Shown: positions 37,312-52,222 of the stretch, piece by piece
How positions within the stretch are numbered: position 1 is the first letter of the stretch
Layout: the number at the start of each line of letters is the position of its first letter
Assembly: GCF_001194135.2 (NCBI RefSeq)
Contig: NC_068987.1
Span: 66,709,946-66,771,184, forward strand
Source of the DNA: Octopus bimaculoides
Taxonomy: Eukaryota
DNA: 61,239 nt
Direction: 5' to 3'
Position numbers and translations under genes: made by a program
The notes under the pieces: generated by a model
Databases searched by the model: none
Told to the model about the DNA's origin: nothing
What the model saw: the letters and a program-made list of their open reading frames with translations, nothing else

Positions 37312-37451
37312 TAGTTTTAGGGAAAAGAACCAAGGTTTATGAACTCATCGATATTATACTTATTTATTGTGCTTTTACTTATTAATTTTTCTATATGTGA
37401 CTGGATTTTCATCGATGAGTTCATGAACCTTGGTCCTTTTCCCTAAAACTA
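37312..37451. mobile_element. 140-bp MITE-like element with 41-bp TIRs, TA-flanked
   Basis: TAGTTTTAGGGAAAAGAACCAAGGTTTATGAACTCATCGAT and its inverse at 37411-37451. Confidence 0.85.
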
Positions 37452-37524
37452 TATATATATATATATTGAATCTCTGAACGAGGTATAAACAGTAACTGCA
37501 CGACAACGTGAAATAGAAATATAT

Positions 37525-37770
37525 TTGCCACTTAAATGTGGCTAGACCCTAAGGGTGAATGTTACTGTTGTTTTTAGCCCCAGGAGTACATCTCCTCCAG
37601 CTGGCTATTGACACACTTCCTGTGCCCTGTCAGTATTTGCAAAGGGAAGTCATCCTTCCCATCGTCGATCTGACGTGATACGCACGGACTCGAGTTTCTG
37701 GGTATTTACCCTTCGTCAGCGTACGACAATCACCGATCTTCGATGCGAAGAGGTCCCGATGCAAATACAT
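37525..37770. mobile_element. Truncated copy of the 52.2-kb fold-back family (left arm and centre)
   Basis: TAGCCCCAGGA..CCAGCTGGCTA..GTATTTG arm and CTCGAGTTTCTGGGT centre shared with 52223-52548. Confidence 0.8.
37682..37724 (-). ncRNA. Minimal type I hammerhead ribozyme candidate
   Basis: Minus strand GTACG-CTGACGA-A-GGGT(AAAT)ACCC-A-GAAAC-TCGA-GTC^CGTGC: intact core, stem I, stem II, palindromic stem III and GUC site. Confidence 0.72.
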
Positions 37771-37959
37771 ATATACTTTTTCCAGTGGCAAAAATTCACT
37801 GATCTCGAAAAAGTGTAAACAATATACTCTCATCGTCCAGATTTCCGCGGAGGATTCATGTATTTGATTTAATTTATCATACAGGTGCTATAGATACAGT
37901 GGTCGCTGACCGTCAACTGTGTCCCACTCATAGTAACCCATGATATTACAATCGGGAGA

Positions 37960-38620
37960 ATTACGAGGCCAGAAATTGGAGCTGGTGATGTCTTAGAAAT
38001 TCACCGAAGACCACTTCTGATGCTTTCCAGATCTTTAGCAAGGACCCGAATCCTGCCGCCACATGTATGGCTTTCCAGCAACAATCATTTCCTGCCAGGG
38101 ATTTACCACAATCTCCAGCATTCACGTAGCCAACCGAATAACGACAAAGGCCCGCCTCAACAATGTGTGGCAGCATGACGTCACCATTTTTCTGGAGAAA
38201 CACACAAAGGCCATCGCAGTTTTCGGAAACTTGGTTATGTTTTTATTTGAGAAGAACCAGATCATTCCCATCTTCAGGGACTTTTTTGCTTTCATAAAGC
38301 AGTTCTCCTTGGCCTTGGCTGTCAGAATTTGTCTCTTGCACATCTTGTATGAGTAGCAGCGAAGGGTCTCATTCAGGACCGGCTTCGTGGTGGCAACTGC
38401 AACACTCATTTTTCTCGCCAAAGCTTAGCCTCCCTTACCCATATCTTCCATCACTTTATCCTGTAGTTTTCAGATGTACTCATGCCTGTGAATGCAATCA
38501 GAGCGTCTGCAGAGTCCCTTCCTGCTTGTCACGGCTTTGTAATCTCCGTTGCAGTTCTCCATGTCATTTTACTGTAATCATAGAGCATTGTGGAGCATTC
38601 ATGTTGTCGGCATTTTAAGA
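37960..38620 (-). mobile_element. maT/DD37D-like transposase pseudogene
   Basis: ENCNGDYKAVTSRK; ETLRCYSYKMCKRQILTAKAKEN; WFFS..; TKFPKTAMAF; GDVMLPHIVEAGL; YMWRQDSGPC; NF*DITSSNFWP. Confidence 0.85.
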
Positions 38621-38851
38621 CCGGGCGAGGATAATCATAATACAGACAACTCTGTTCTATTATTCGGATGGCTTCTAGTCCTCCATGTTAGCTAACTTTT
38701 TCTCAACTTTAGTCTTTAGTCTCTCCGACGCCGTTGACTGTTTACCATTACATCAAGTTGCTTCTGATTAAAAAAGCAGTCATAACATGTAACATTTTGC
38801 CCGAACGCATTGTATATTCATATTTATGTTTGCTTGTGTGTGTGTGTGTAT

Positions 38852-38895
<44 letters not shown>

Positions 38896-38914
38896 GTGTG
38901 TGTGTGTGTGTGTT

Positions 38915-39140
38915 ATTTCTTTACTACCCACAAGGTGCTACACACAGAGGGGACAAACAAGGACAGACAAACGGATTAAGTCGATTATATCGACCTCAGT
39001 GCGTAACTGGTACTTATTTAATCGACCCCGAAGGGATGAAAGGCAAAGTTGACCTCGGCGGAATTTGAACTCAGAACATAGCGGCAGACGAAATACCGCT
39101 AAGCATTTCGCCTGGTGTGTAACGTTTCTGCCAGCTCGCC
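38915..39140 (-). mobile_element. SINE group A (alternative-tail subfamily) inside (TG)n/(TGCG)n
   Basis: Clean reverse-complement copy. Confidence 0.9.
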
Positions 39141-39142
39141 GC

Positions 39143-39173
<31 letters not shown>

Positions 39174-40098
39174 TGTGTGTGTGTGAGTGCGTGTGTGTGT
39201 GCGTGCATATGCAGTGTAATTGTTGTAATATGATAATGAAAATCAAGTAACAGTGCCAAGAAGAGATAAGGCAAATGTTAGAACAATATCAAATTAATAT
39301 AATCACACTGAAAGAATAAATATCTTGGATGATGGTGGTTCCACTCAACATGCGCAATAAAAGACAATCGTATGCATGCACAGATCAAATTTGTGAAAAG
39401 GCATTAAGAAATAACAAAAACTCATTATACACTGTCAGTGTTCGAAGAAATATGATTAAAGGCAAAATGATTGATAATTTATTAATTAATGTGTATGGTT
39501 CACAGGACTTAATTTGATGTCTAAGAAATGAAATACGAATTGAATTCATAAACAATAAGTTTATAAAAGTTGCTGTATCTCAGCAAGAGTTCACAATAGA
39601 TTGTAAATTGTAAACAATAAGTAACAGAATCAAATTTTGGACAGGAGTCCGTATTTGTATAAAGTACAAAATATATTCTTGTTAAAGCCTGTATGTGGTG
39701 ATTGTGAGAATCAGAATTTTTTGTTGCCCTAGGTTACAAGGGCATTTATCTGGCTCTACATTTTTTGAGCGAATTCTGTTTCATATAACCTCATCTAAGT
39801 GTTGGCAGAAATTGAGCTCTAAATATATATACGATTGTTTTTTATTGCGCATGTTCAGTGGAACCACCATCATCCAAGAAATTGAGCCTTAATATTCTGA
39901 TCGATGCTCAGGAATACAGTACGGAAATGTTGGGTCATGTATGTATGTTTGTAAATTTAGTATAACACTGAGTTCTGAGATTCAGAAGGCGACTACTAAA
40001 GAAAATAAGCGAAAATAGCGGCTATAATCGAGCAAAAATTTGATTTAACTACGAGTGTTAGGAACAGTAAGAGAATAGTTAAGTAATACACCAAACCC

Positions 40099-40183
<85 letters not shown>

Positions 40184-40924
40184 TAGAGATATAATCTTTT
40201 AGACACACAAGTGTATATATATGTGGGTGCGCGCGTGTGTGTGTGTGTGTGTGTGTGCGTGACTGTGTGTCTGTGTACAGCTGGAATAATCTATAGTTCA
40301 TGTTCATAAAAAGTGTACATATCATTATGACGGTCTTAAAATATTCTAAAAGAAATAACCGGTAATTTAAGTTGTGTATTCAGATGAATCTATCGAATAT
40401 CCTGGGCAGCAACTGGGCTTCACCTGTAGCTTCTCCATTACTTCTACAAGTGTGGCTGTCTTTTTTTCTTTTAGTGTTGTTATTTGTCTGCTACTGATAT
40501 TGCTTTTGTTCATCTCAAGTTAACTATGCTCGGGTAAAGCTAGGAAGAAATGTGTCCCAGATGTTCGCATCACATCATGCCTGTGATGGACTACATATAT
40601 TTCATATTGGTTTTGTTAGATTAAGAAAGACAGCAGCCAGGAAGGTTTCAGGATATATGATTGATAGAAATAAAGGAACAGACCGTGTACATACCACCAA
40701 TTTTCCATGATATAAGAGTGCACTCAACCAAAAGCACCCATCAGCCAGAAAGAGGTAATAAACCGGATAACAGATGAAGTGGATCATACAAGAACAAGAT
40801 TAGTCTCTGCGATAGGTTCTTCACAATGTTTCTCATTTCCGTTAACTAAATTTCACTCACAAACTTTTAGCCAACCCAATATGTGGAATATATACTTGCC
40901 AACGATACCGCTTGGTAGTATTTA

Positions 40925-41170
40925 TTTCTTTATTGCACACAGGGGTGGGTTACATATAGATGGAACAAACAAGGACAGGCAAAGGGATTAAGTCAATTAC
41001 ATCGACTCCAGTGCGTAACTGGTACTTATTTAATCGACCCCAGTGCGTAACTGGTACTTATTTAATCGACCCCGAAAGGATGAAAGGCAAAGGCGACTTC
41101 AGCGGAATTTGAAGTCAGAAGGTAACGGCAGACAAAATATCGTTAAGTACTTCGTCCGGCGTGATGACGA
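40925..41170 (-). mobile_element. SINE group A (alternative tail) with internal 32-bp duplication
   Basis: 41008-41039 is repeated at 41040-41071. Confidence 0.88.
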
Positions 41171-41551
41171 TTCTGCCTGCTCTGCTCGCGCTCAGTGGTA
41201 TTGAATGAGAAACTGCGAAGCAGTAGTTACAAGACGAATATCTTAAACACTAAACCATGCAACCGCCAATTTATAATTTACACATCCCTTGTAAAAATCG
41301 GTGCTGTGTCTAGTCAAAGGAAATCGATAATTTGAAATATCTGAACCAGTTCTTTAGATCAAAATGTTTTAGTGAGTGACAACTTAATTTCCTACCACAA
41401 TAGCTCAGCTGGATCTCTACAGCAGCAGAGAAACGAAAATTAATCACAATCGATTTCATCCAGTTATTATCAATCGAGTACTTTCATTTATATACACACT
41501 TAGGCGCATACACATTTACACACGCGCGCGTGCACACTCGAACACACACAC

Positions 41552-41585
<34 letters not shown>

Positions 41586-42988
41586 TCACACACACACACA
41601 CACGCGCGCGTGCATGCACACATCCACACAAACTCACAAATATATAATAATGTATACATCTGTAACTATACACATGATATATATGCTATGCATAAATTTA
41701 TGTAAGCATATAAAGGCACTTACACACAAATGTGTATTTGTTTGTTTGTGTATGTGTGTAGCTGTATGCGTGTGTTTGTGTTTATATATATATATATATA
41801 GATATATATATATATATATGTATACATATATGTGTGTGTATCTATATTCATACACACGCATTCATACACACGCATTCAAACACATATGTATATATTTCAT
41901 CTACTCATTCATAAATCATACACATGCGCGCATTGCCCACACATATATTTTCTTACTCTCTTTTCTCTCTCTTTCTCTCCCTCTCTCTGATATATATGTA
42001 TATATATATATTCATAAATACATATATATATATATATATATATACATACAAACACACCACACACACACACGCACACACACACATATGTATATATATATAA
42101 CTGTACGTATGTATAGTGTGTGTGCGTGTATGTGTGTTTCATTTGGTTTATGCATGTCGATGTATTTGTGGATACGTCCAGTTTTTCTTCTGTCTCTGTG
42201 TCTTTCTTCCTCTTTCTCTCTCTATATATACGTGTGTGTGTGTATAAAAAGAGAGACAGGTATATACGCATAGAGGGAGATAATGTAATGAAAATAACAA
42301 AGAAAAGAATGAAAGCTTTTTGAAGTTGAAGTTCAGATTGGAATCCCAATCTCCATTTTTCATTTCTGTTGGCATGTTCTTTCGAAATTTCCTGCCATCG
42401 TTAATAAATCAAATTAAATCCACAGAGTTCTTTTAAACTATGATGAATGGTTACTGTGGAGTATATTATTGCTATTGTTGTGGTTTGCGGTGTCGGCAGT
42501 GGTATTAACGAGAATGAGGATGAGGATTAGGAATAGGATGAGAAGGCGTATGGGAAGTCTTATGTGAAGTAGGAGTAGAATGAGCATGATAAACACGATG
42601 ATAATTATGATGACGAAAACAATAATTCATCGGTATAATGTGCTACCAAGTTAAAACCCATAAGCTTCCAGAAATTATGAACTGTTTGAATATGTGCAAG
42701 TGATTCATGAAAATACGAATTAGTCGGATATTTCTATGTATGAGTGTGTGTCCGTGTATATATATGCATGTAGGTTTACACACGTGCACGCGCACGCACA
42801 TATATAGATAGACATAAACACTTGATGTATATGCGTGTCTGCATTTCTCTCTGTGTGTGTGTGTCTGTGTGTGTGTATGCATGTATGCATAAAGATTTGA
42901 ATACTTGCATATATATACATATATACACACACACAGCCGCTCACACACGTACACACATACACACACACACACATATATATCAATATAT

Positions 42989-43028
<40 letters not shown>

Positions 43029-43403
43029 TTGTATGTATGTATGTATTTATGTATATGCATGTGTCTATGAGTGCATTCATATATCATATTAATGCATCAG
43101 GCTATTCAGAATCCATAATAACCTGCTTTGAACGGATTATTCATTGTGAGCAATTTCTCTTTTTTAACTCACAGTGTTCTGAATGGTTCAAAGGAAAATG
43201 TATAGAACTTCTTGTCTGTGATCAGTCACACATCAGTTGGTTGATGTCATTCGAGGGAATGACGAGTCACATTCTGCTTGAAACAGAATATCATGAAACT
43301 GGGAGAAGCCCGATCGAGTAAGACTTTTCCTTTATTCAATTTAAATATCTTGTATGGAGTGCATTTTTCTGAGATATATGTCAAATACTTAAAATGCGAC
43401 ATA

Positions 43404-44317
43404 TTGGGTCATCACATAAATAATGCGGTATTTATATACCTCTTTCTTTTTTCAAAATTAAGATAAACAAAGTTCTTTTTTAATCTAAAATATACACTCC
43501 TTCATTTTCTGCAATACTCTTCCATCTATCTGGTAGAATTGCATGTCCTCTTCCAAAATTCACTTGTCTGTGACGAAAAATACTCCTCCATTGCTGTTAT
43601 GACTTCGTCGACAAAATTCATATTCTTTTCCGTCCATATGATTTTGAAGACTGCGAAATAAATGATAATCAGATGGGGTAAAGTTCGGCAAATATGGTAG
43701 GTAGGGCATCGTTTCCCATTCAAACTCTTCTGGTCATTTGAATGTCATCCTCGCTATATGTGGTCGAGCATTATTCTGATGGAAGAACACCTTTCATCTT
43801 GAAACCAAAAATGGTCGTTTTTCTTCTAGCGCTGATTTGAATGACTGGTTGAATGTCCAAATCCAAACTTCTCTGCTAAATCCTCAACAGTTACAATGGG
43901 ATTTTGTTTCACCAGGGTTTGCAGGACGTTCTCATCGAGCTCTACAGATCTTCTAGGACAAGGCTCGTCTTCTAGGATGTAGTTTCCGGCTCGACATTTC
44001 TGGAAACACCGTTGACATTGGCTTAGGCTTATTGTCTGATCCCCGTATGCTGCATTAATATTCCTCGCATTTTCTGTTTCGTTGTTGCCTTTATTGAACT
44101 CATATATGCCAAATATACTCCTTTGTCGCTTCCATTATAGCTTTGAAAAGTAGATGTTAAAATCGACTGCATTCTTTAAAACCTGCACTAGGAATAAGGA
44201 CAATGTAAAATTACTACCTGCTTTTATAGCAAATTGATGTAGGTAGTTAATCCCGACCCACCTCTGACTTTTAGTTCATGCAACTGAAAATACCGTATTA
44301 TTTATGGGATGACTAAT
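43404..44317 (-). mobile_element. Internally deleted mariner with both TIRs and TA TSDs
   Basis: TIRs TTGGGTCATCACATAAATAATGCGGT and ACCGTATTATTTATGGGATGACTAAT. ATG at 44135 (MEATKEYIWHI), then EDEPCPRRSVELDENVLQTLVKQNP, FHQNNARPH, PSDYHLFRSLQN, DRWKSIAENEG; stop at 43480. Confidence 0.92.
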
Positions 44318-45589
44318 TAAGTTACTAGTGTCAGGTATATTCGGGTTTTGTAGTCGAATAAACGAGGACAATTTTAAATAAATTTATTTCATTTTCCTTT
44401 CAACTCTTCCGAACGGAAGTTTCCTGTATAGAGACTTCATCAAACATCGTGTGCCTACTGTATTTGTCACTTTATAGTCATTTATAATCACTTCAATTAG
44501 TTCGTCTGATTTGCATAATAGTGTTTTCGCTGGCAACGTGCCAAAATAATGAATCGATGAATCATTAAAAAGCGAACGGTGCATAATTTGAGATGGAAAT
44601 TCAAGTAAATCTTATTAAATTTAACCATATAATAGACAAGATAAAGGTAAACAGATTATTTCTTTGTCTTTTGTTTTTTAACTGAGGGAACATGAAAAAA
44701 AGAGATATTGAAGTTGAGGGAGTTTTGAAACTTAATTAAGTGTCATATATCTTCTTCATGAGCATGCCCTCTATATTACAACTCCTTTAAATCAGTTAGT
44801 CTCATTTGCATAATGGTGTTTTTGTTGGTAATATATTCAAATAATTAATTAAGATGACTTAATCTGCGTATATTCAATTATCTGAAACATCAAGTAACGG
44901 GTATTTTATTAGATTTTACTCTTATTATGACGTTTTATTGCGAACACACGAAGACAAATATAAACATTAAAAACATATTTTTATCACTCCTTCGACAGAT
45001 TACGTAGCATACGTTGTTTATTGCATCACTGATTAATTATCTGACTACCTTAGCAAGGAAAGCGACTTAGGGGAACCACAATATGTCGTGATTATAAAGA
45101 ATTATAAGCTTTTTTTTTCTGTCATAAGATAAAATTGAAATTAATCTCTTATGATGTTCTACTTAAGATCAAAACTGATGAGGGCAATCCCGTTTTCTGT
45201 CCATGGGACGACGAAAATAATATAACAGGACATTTGCTGACGTTCTATGCAATTAACAGCAAATAATATCACAAATGTCACGAAACCAACGTATCACTAC
45301 AACCCAATACATCTCATATCCATATATTTCATACAACGAATAGACGAAACACTAAAATATCACGGAAACAGTAAAAACTTATGTTACAAGTGAGTAAAGC
45401 ATAACTTGCAAAAATATTTTACACCCACAAACAAAAGAGTCGCTCACAACTTAGTAACAACTGAATATCTCAAAATTAGATCTGCAGCTGAAGCTCACAT
45501 GAATCTATTGAACCTATAATGTTCAAACCCTGACAAGGTGCAGCTCACATAAATGAAGGAAAATAATTAAGACGAAATATAGAATAGAA

Positions 45590-46570
<981 letters not shown>

Positions 46571-46610
46571 CTTCATTGAGCAAAACTTTTCGTTTCATAC
46601 CTCAACTTAT

Positions 46611-47277
<667 letters not shown>

Positions 47278-47295
47278 TAATAATAATAATAATAA

Positions 47296-47394
<99 letters not shown>

Positions 47395-47466
47395 TAATAA
47401 TAATGATGATGATGATGATGATGATGATGATAATGATGATGATGATGATGATGATTATATTGATGC

Positions 47467-47500
<34 letters not shown>

Positions 47501-47549
47501 AACAACAACAACAACAACAGCTATAATAATAATAATAATGATAATAATC

Positions 47550-47890
47550 CTTTTGTATTTGGTGTCAGTTTGCTACACTCACAATATATGAGACTGTTTC
47601 GCTTTTGCTGCCACACATCCTACAAAGGGGCGATTCACTACCCTTATCTATTTGGAACTTGATGTAATTAGTTCTTAGAGATGTATATCAGCAATTAGTT
47701 CCTAGGCCCTGCATATCAATGCCTAACTGCATCCTTTCAAATTACTTTTCCTCAACCACCTCCAGGTGTTGGTCTTGTTTTTCATGTTCCAGCTGTTTAA
47801 TTTTTGCTCTCCATCTTGTTTCTTAAATGTTTCTGAGTGTGTCACATATTCACTAGGTGTCGTTCTGCTATTTCTAACAGCAGCGAAAGC
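47550..47890 (-). mobile_element. R4/Dong-like (RLE-type) LINE fragment with CCHC zinc knuckle
   Basis: TWRWLRKSNLKGCS*ALICRA* / LRTNYIKFQIDKGSESPLCRMCGSKSETVSYIVS..CSKL. Confidence 0.8.
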
Positions 47891-48034
47891 ATTTACAATC
47901 TCCTTGGTGCTAGGGTGTTAAGAATCGTGGAAAGAGGCCCTGCGAGACTTTTGACAACAGGTTGCCGTCTGTTCTTGCAGAACTAACTGGAGCAAGTGAA
48001 AGCGAGTGTCTGAGAAGGCAAATAGAAATAATAG

Positions 48035-48245
48035 TAATAATCCTTTCTACTATAGGCACAAGGCCTGAAATTTAGGGGAGGGATATAGTAGATTACATTG
48101 ACCCCCAGTGCTCAACTGGTACTTATTTTATCGACCCCGAAAGGACGAAATACCACCGGCAGAATTTGAACTCAAAGCGTAACAACGTGCGGAATACTAC
48201 TAAGCATTTCGCCCAGCGCACTACCGACTCTGCCAGCTCGCCGCC
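48035..48245 (-). mobile_element. SINE group A
   Basis: Reverse-complement copy. Confidence 0.88.
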
Positions 48246-48393
48246 TTTAATAATAATAATAATAAAGAGAAGATCAAATAGGGCGTGTGTGTTTATTGGC
48301 AAAATGGCCGTACTCAAAATTATATATGTGTATGTGTGAATGCATATGTGCATGTGTGTGTAGACATACATCTGTTTGTGTGTGTGTGAGTAT

Positions 48394-48425
<32 letters not shown>

Positions 48426-48434
48426 TATATATAT

Positions 48435-48830
48435 ATAGGTGCAGGAGTGGCTGCGTGGTAAGTAGCTTGCTTACCAACCACACGGTTCCGGGTTCATTCC
48501 CACTGCGTGGCACCTTGGACAAGTGTCTTCTACTATAGCCTCGGGCCGACCAAAGCCTTGTGAGTGGATTTGGTAGGCGGAAACTGAAAGAAGACCGTCG
48601 TATATATGTATATATGTATATGTGTGTATATGCTTGTGTGTCTGTGTTTGTTTCCCCAACATTGCTTGACAACCGATGCTGGTGTGTTTACTTAACTGAG
48701 CGGTTCGGCAAAAGATCCGATAGAATAAGTAGTAGGCTTCCAAAGAATAAGTCCTGGGGTCGATTTGCTCGACTAAAGGTGGTGCTCCAGCATGACCGCA
48801 GTCAAATAACTGTAACAAGTAAAAGAGTAT
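48435..48830 (+). mobile_element. CORE-type SINE group B, near full length
   Basis: Same structure as 36790-37165. Confidence 0.88.
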
Positions 48831-48857
48831 ATGTATATATATATGTATATATATACA

Positions 48858-48914
<57 letters not shown>

Positions 48915-49165
48915 AAATAAAAGGGGCGGAAGCGGTAATTGAGTGCTAACGCTGTTTAAAATGTACACCTGGTGCATTTTACGTAATAGCCCGCCGGAAT
49001 ATTTTCAGTTTAAAAGTTGTTTACCTGATGCAAAATGAAAACGGAGGGTGGACTACAAGATATTCGTTATGCTACATAATTTTATTGATCCATTATCGAG
49101 TCATCTGTATGCTCTATATGCTAGAGACTAACCAACTACACTTTACCACTAAAATTCAACTGATC

Positions 49166-49265
<100 letters not shown>

Positions 49266-50094
49266 ACATACAGTCGCACAGACGCGCACACACACATACA
49301 TATAAATATATGCACACGTACGTTTAAATTTACACACGACTGTGCGCGTTTTTGCGTTTGTGCTCCCACACCTTGCAACCGACACTGGTTTGTTTACATC
49401 CATGCAAATTAGTTGTTCGAGCAAGGTCGATAGGATAAGTAGCTTACTTTATAAGTAATATATGGCTATAACTGACTTGATTGATTAAACCCTTCAAGGT
49501 AGTGCCCCAATAACTGAAACAAATTAAAGAATAAAGAAACAAGTTGTCATTTATTAATTCCAAATATAGTCTTAAACTACCTTGAAATGTTTCCCACAGC
49601 AAAATTTGTGTTACCCGCTCTTCTTAACGTTCCATATCAGTAGAATTAGGATATGAAAATCTTTTAAACATTCACTATTGATTTTCGGGTCAAATAATTT
49701 TCATTGTTATGCAGCATAATTTTAATCAAATAATGATTCCGAATCTCATTTCTATAGTCAATAAGTACTTCAATACTTAATTAATCTGATATCAATGTTC
49801 AAAGAAATTAACTGATAATTAATTTCAATAATTTTGTTCACTTAACAGAGTCAATGATGTCCGAAACTACGGATTAAAATAAAAGGCCTTACATAAAGTT
49901 TTGTCTTTTCATGTATTTCGTGTGTGCTTCCATATGTTAACGGCCGGATGATAATAAAATGTATAAGATCAAATAACTCATCACTATTAGTTGGTTTTCA
50001 AACACTCTTGGCTCTCATTTTAAACAACAGTTTATACCAGTTGTTATATTTTGGAGGTTTCGACTTCTTAATAGAAAAGAGAGGTTGTTATTAG

Positions 50095-50306
50095 TTTCAA
50101 GTTTTGGCGCAAGGCCGGCAATTTAGTATGGGTGAGGTAAGTCGTTTACATCGACCCCAGTGTTCAACAGGTAATTATTTTATTGACACCGAGAGGATGA
50201 AAGGTAAAGTCACCCTCGGTGAAATTTGAACTCAGAACGTAAAGACGAACGAAATGCCGCTTAGCATCTTGCCCGTCCTGCTACGAATTCTTCCAGCATG
50301 CCGCCT
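50095..50306 (-). mobile_element. SINE group A
   Basis: Reverse-complement copy. Confidence 0.85.
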
Positions 50307-50998
50307 TACACTCTACTGTTATTTTTTTAAAGAGAAATACAAATGCAATATGAAAATTGTGGCTCCACTGAAGATACTAGGGAAACAGAAATTTCTGGCG
50401 CAGCTTCATAAAATTCGTCTCAGTTGTGGTCGCTTGATCGCTTGAAGAACTTTGTAAATAACCTTTTACAGGTATTTAAACAACCTTTTTCTCTACATCA
50501 ACAAATGTTCATCTTTGTATATTTAATTAAACATTCATTTCACTGACACTTCCAAAAGTAGTACCGGGATTCCAACCCACTGAAGATCCTCTTCCGGTAA
50601 TTAAAGTGATAATCGATAATTACGCTTTTATTCTCGTTGGCTTTGCTTTAGTTATTTAATATTCCAAACATTAAATATACATTGACTCGTTTAACAATCA
50701 TTTGATTATGAAGATGCTGTCGCAAAATTTTTTCACGTTTAAAAATTATCTTTCTCCATATCAAACTTTATAAATATATCATATCCGTATGTTAACACTT
50801 GGGTATCTTACACTAATATTACGCTTCCGTTAAGATCTGCAATAAGTAGGAACTATCTACAGAATTGTCTCCCATGATTACTGAGAACAACACAGAATTA
50901 TTATTGATCAACTAATATTATTATTATATTATTATATGTTTAGCCCTGCTTCAGTTTATAAATGGTTCACGCGTATATGACCCATCTGATACTATCAC

Positions 50999-51134
50999 CT
51001 GGCAATTATTGGTTTTAGCAGAATCAAGTCTGCTGTAAGCATTCGCGCCAAGTCTCCATGCCAATGTAATTTCTTCCCTTGTCAAGAAAGCGTCGTAACG
51101 GGTCATGAGGTCTCTCCTTCCTTTCCTGACTAAG
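50999..51134 (-). CDS. Candidate exon (LVRKGRRDLMTRYDAFLTREEITLAWRLGANAYSRLDSAKTNNCQ)
   Basis: Acceptor aatttttaaatag, donor CAG|gtgata, 45 open codons, locally raised GC. No recognised homology. Confidence 0.25.
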
Positions 51135-52222
51135 CTATTTAAAAATTACATTTCCTAAACATAAACGCACAATCTTTCAATTTTAGTTTTTACTTCCTTT
51201 CTCATACAAGGCATTCGTTCGTAACCAAAAGGAAATTAGATGGTCAAAAAAACGAAACATATATATTTATCACACTCATTATTACCAAAATGATAATAGT
51301 TTGACATTTCTAAATCAGGGGTTTGTATTAATATTTGATGAATAGATGTGCTCTTTAGTAAAAGAAATATGACGCCTATTCACAGAAGTTGAATTCACGG
51401 GGCAGAAAATATTAAGTGCCCTTTGCTAAAAGCTATTATGAATTCTAGGCTGTGGTTCAAATCTTTATCTGCTCGGCTTTTACACCATAGTAATGAAACG
51501 ATAATATAACAGAATTTAACAAGACAGTGTACGAGTTGCAAAACGTCAAAAAGCAAGATATTTTTCTAAAGGAAATTATGACTCTAGCGTTTCCTAACAC
51601 ATTTTGCAGTTTCCAGCTGTTTGGCATGCTGAAAAGAAAATAACTTACAGTATCACTTATTGTTTAACGAGCTAGAATATTTTGTTTCCTTTTTCTCAAA
51701 ACAAGACAAAAATCACAGATTCTACCTTCGGGTTTTAATAACATTTTAAATGAAAAATGTGTTTTAATAACATTTTATTCTTGTTTGTGTGTCTTCTTCT
51801 GTTGCGTGTGTTTGCAACGGCCTTGTACTCATTTTAACATATCTAAAACACTGGGGATAAGTAATTACTCGTTTTCAGTCCCAGAGTAAAAATAACTAAT
51901 TTGAAAAAACAATGTATAATATCAAAGGCATTATCACTCTCAGTTTGGAACTTGCTGGTAGCAAATTTCTGGAATTAACGGAATGTATAAAATCCTTAAC
52001 AATATCATCTCACAAATATTAAAATCGTACATTCTGCCGTATATTGTTGAAATCAAGAGAGAGTTTCCTACTTACTACAATATTAAATAAGACGTATACT
52101 ATAACAGATATCTTTTTTAATACTAAGCTTCACAGACTTAATTACATACGAAAAGACGAAGTTATTGTTGCGAGATAACGAGATATTGTATTGTTTGTGA
52201 CCTTTTATTGCATGGTAACATT

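Noticed and set aside
45174-45200. CTGATGA-GGG(CAAT)CCC resembling a hammerhead 5' half
   Set aside because: It is followed by GTTTTC instead of GAAAC, and there are no stems I or III.
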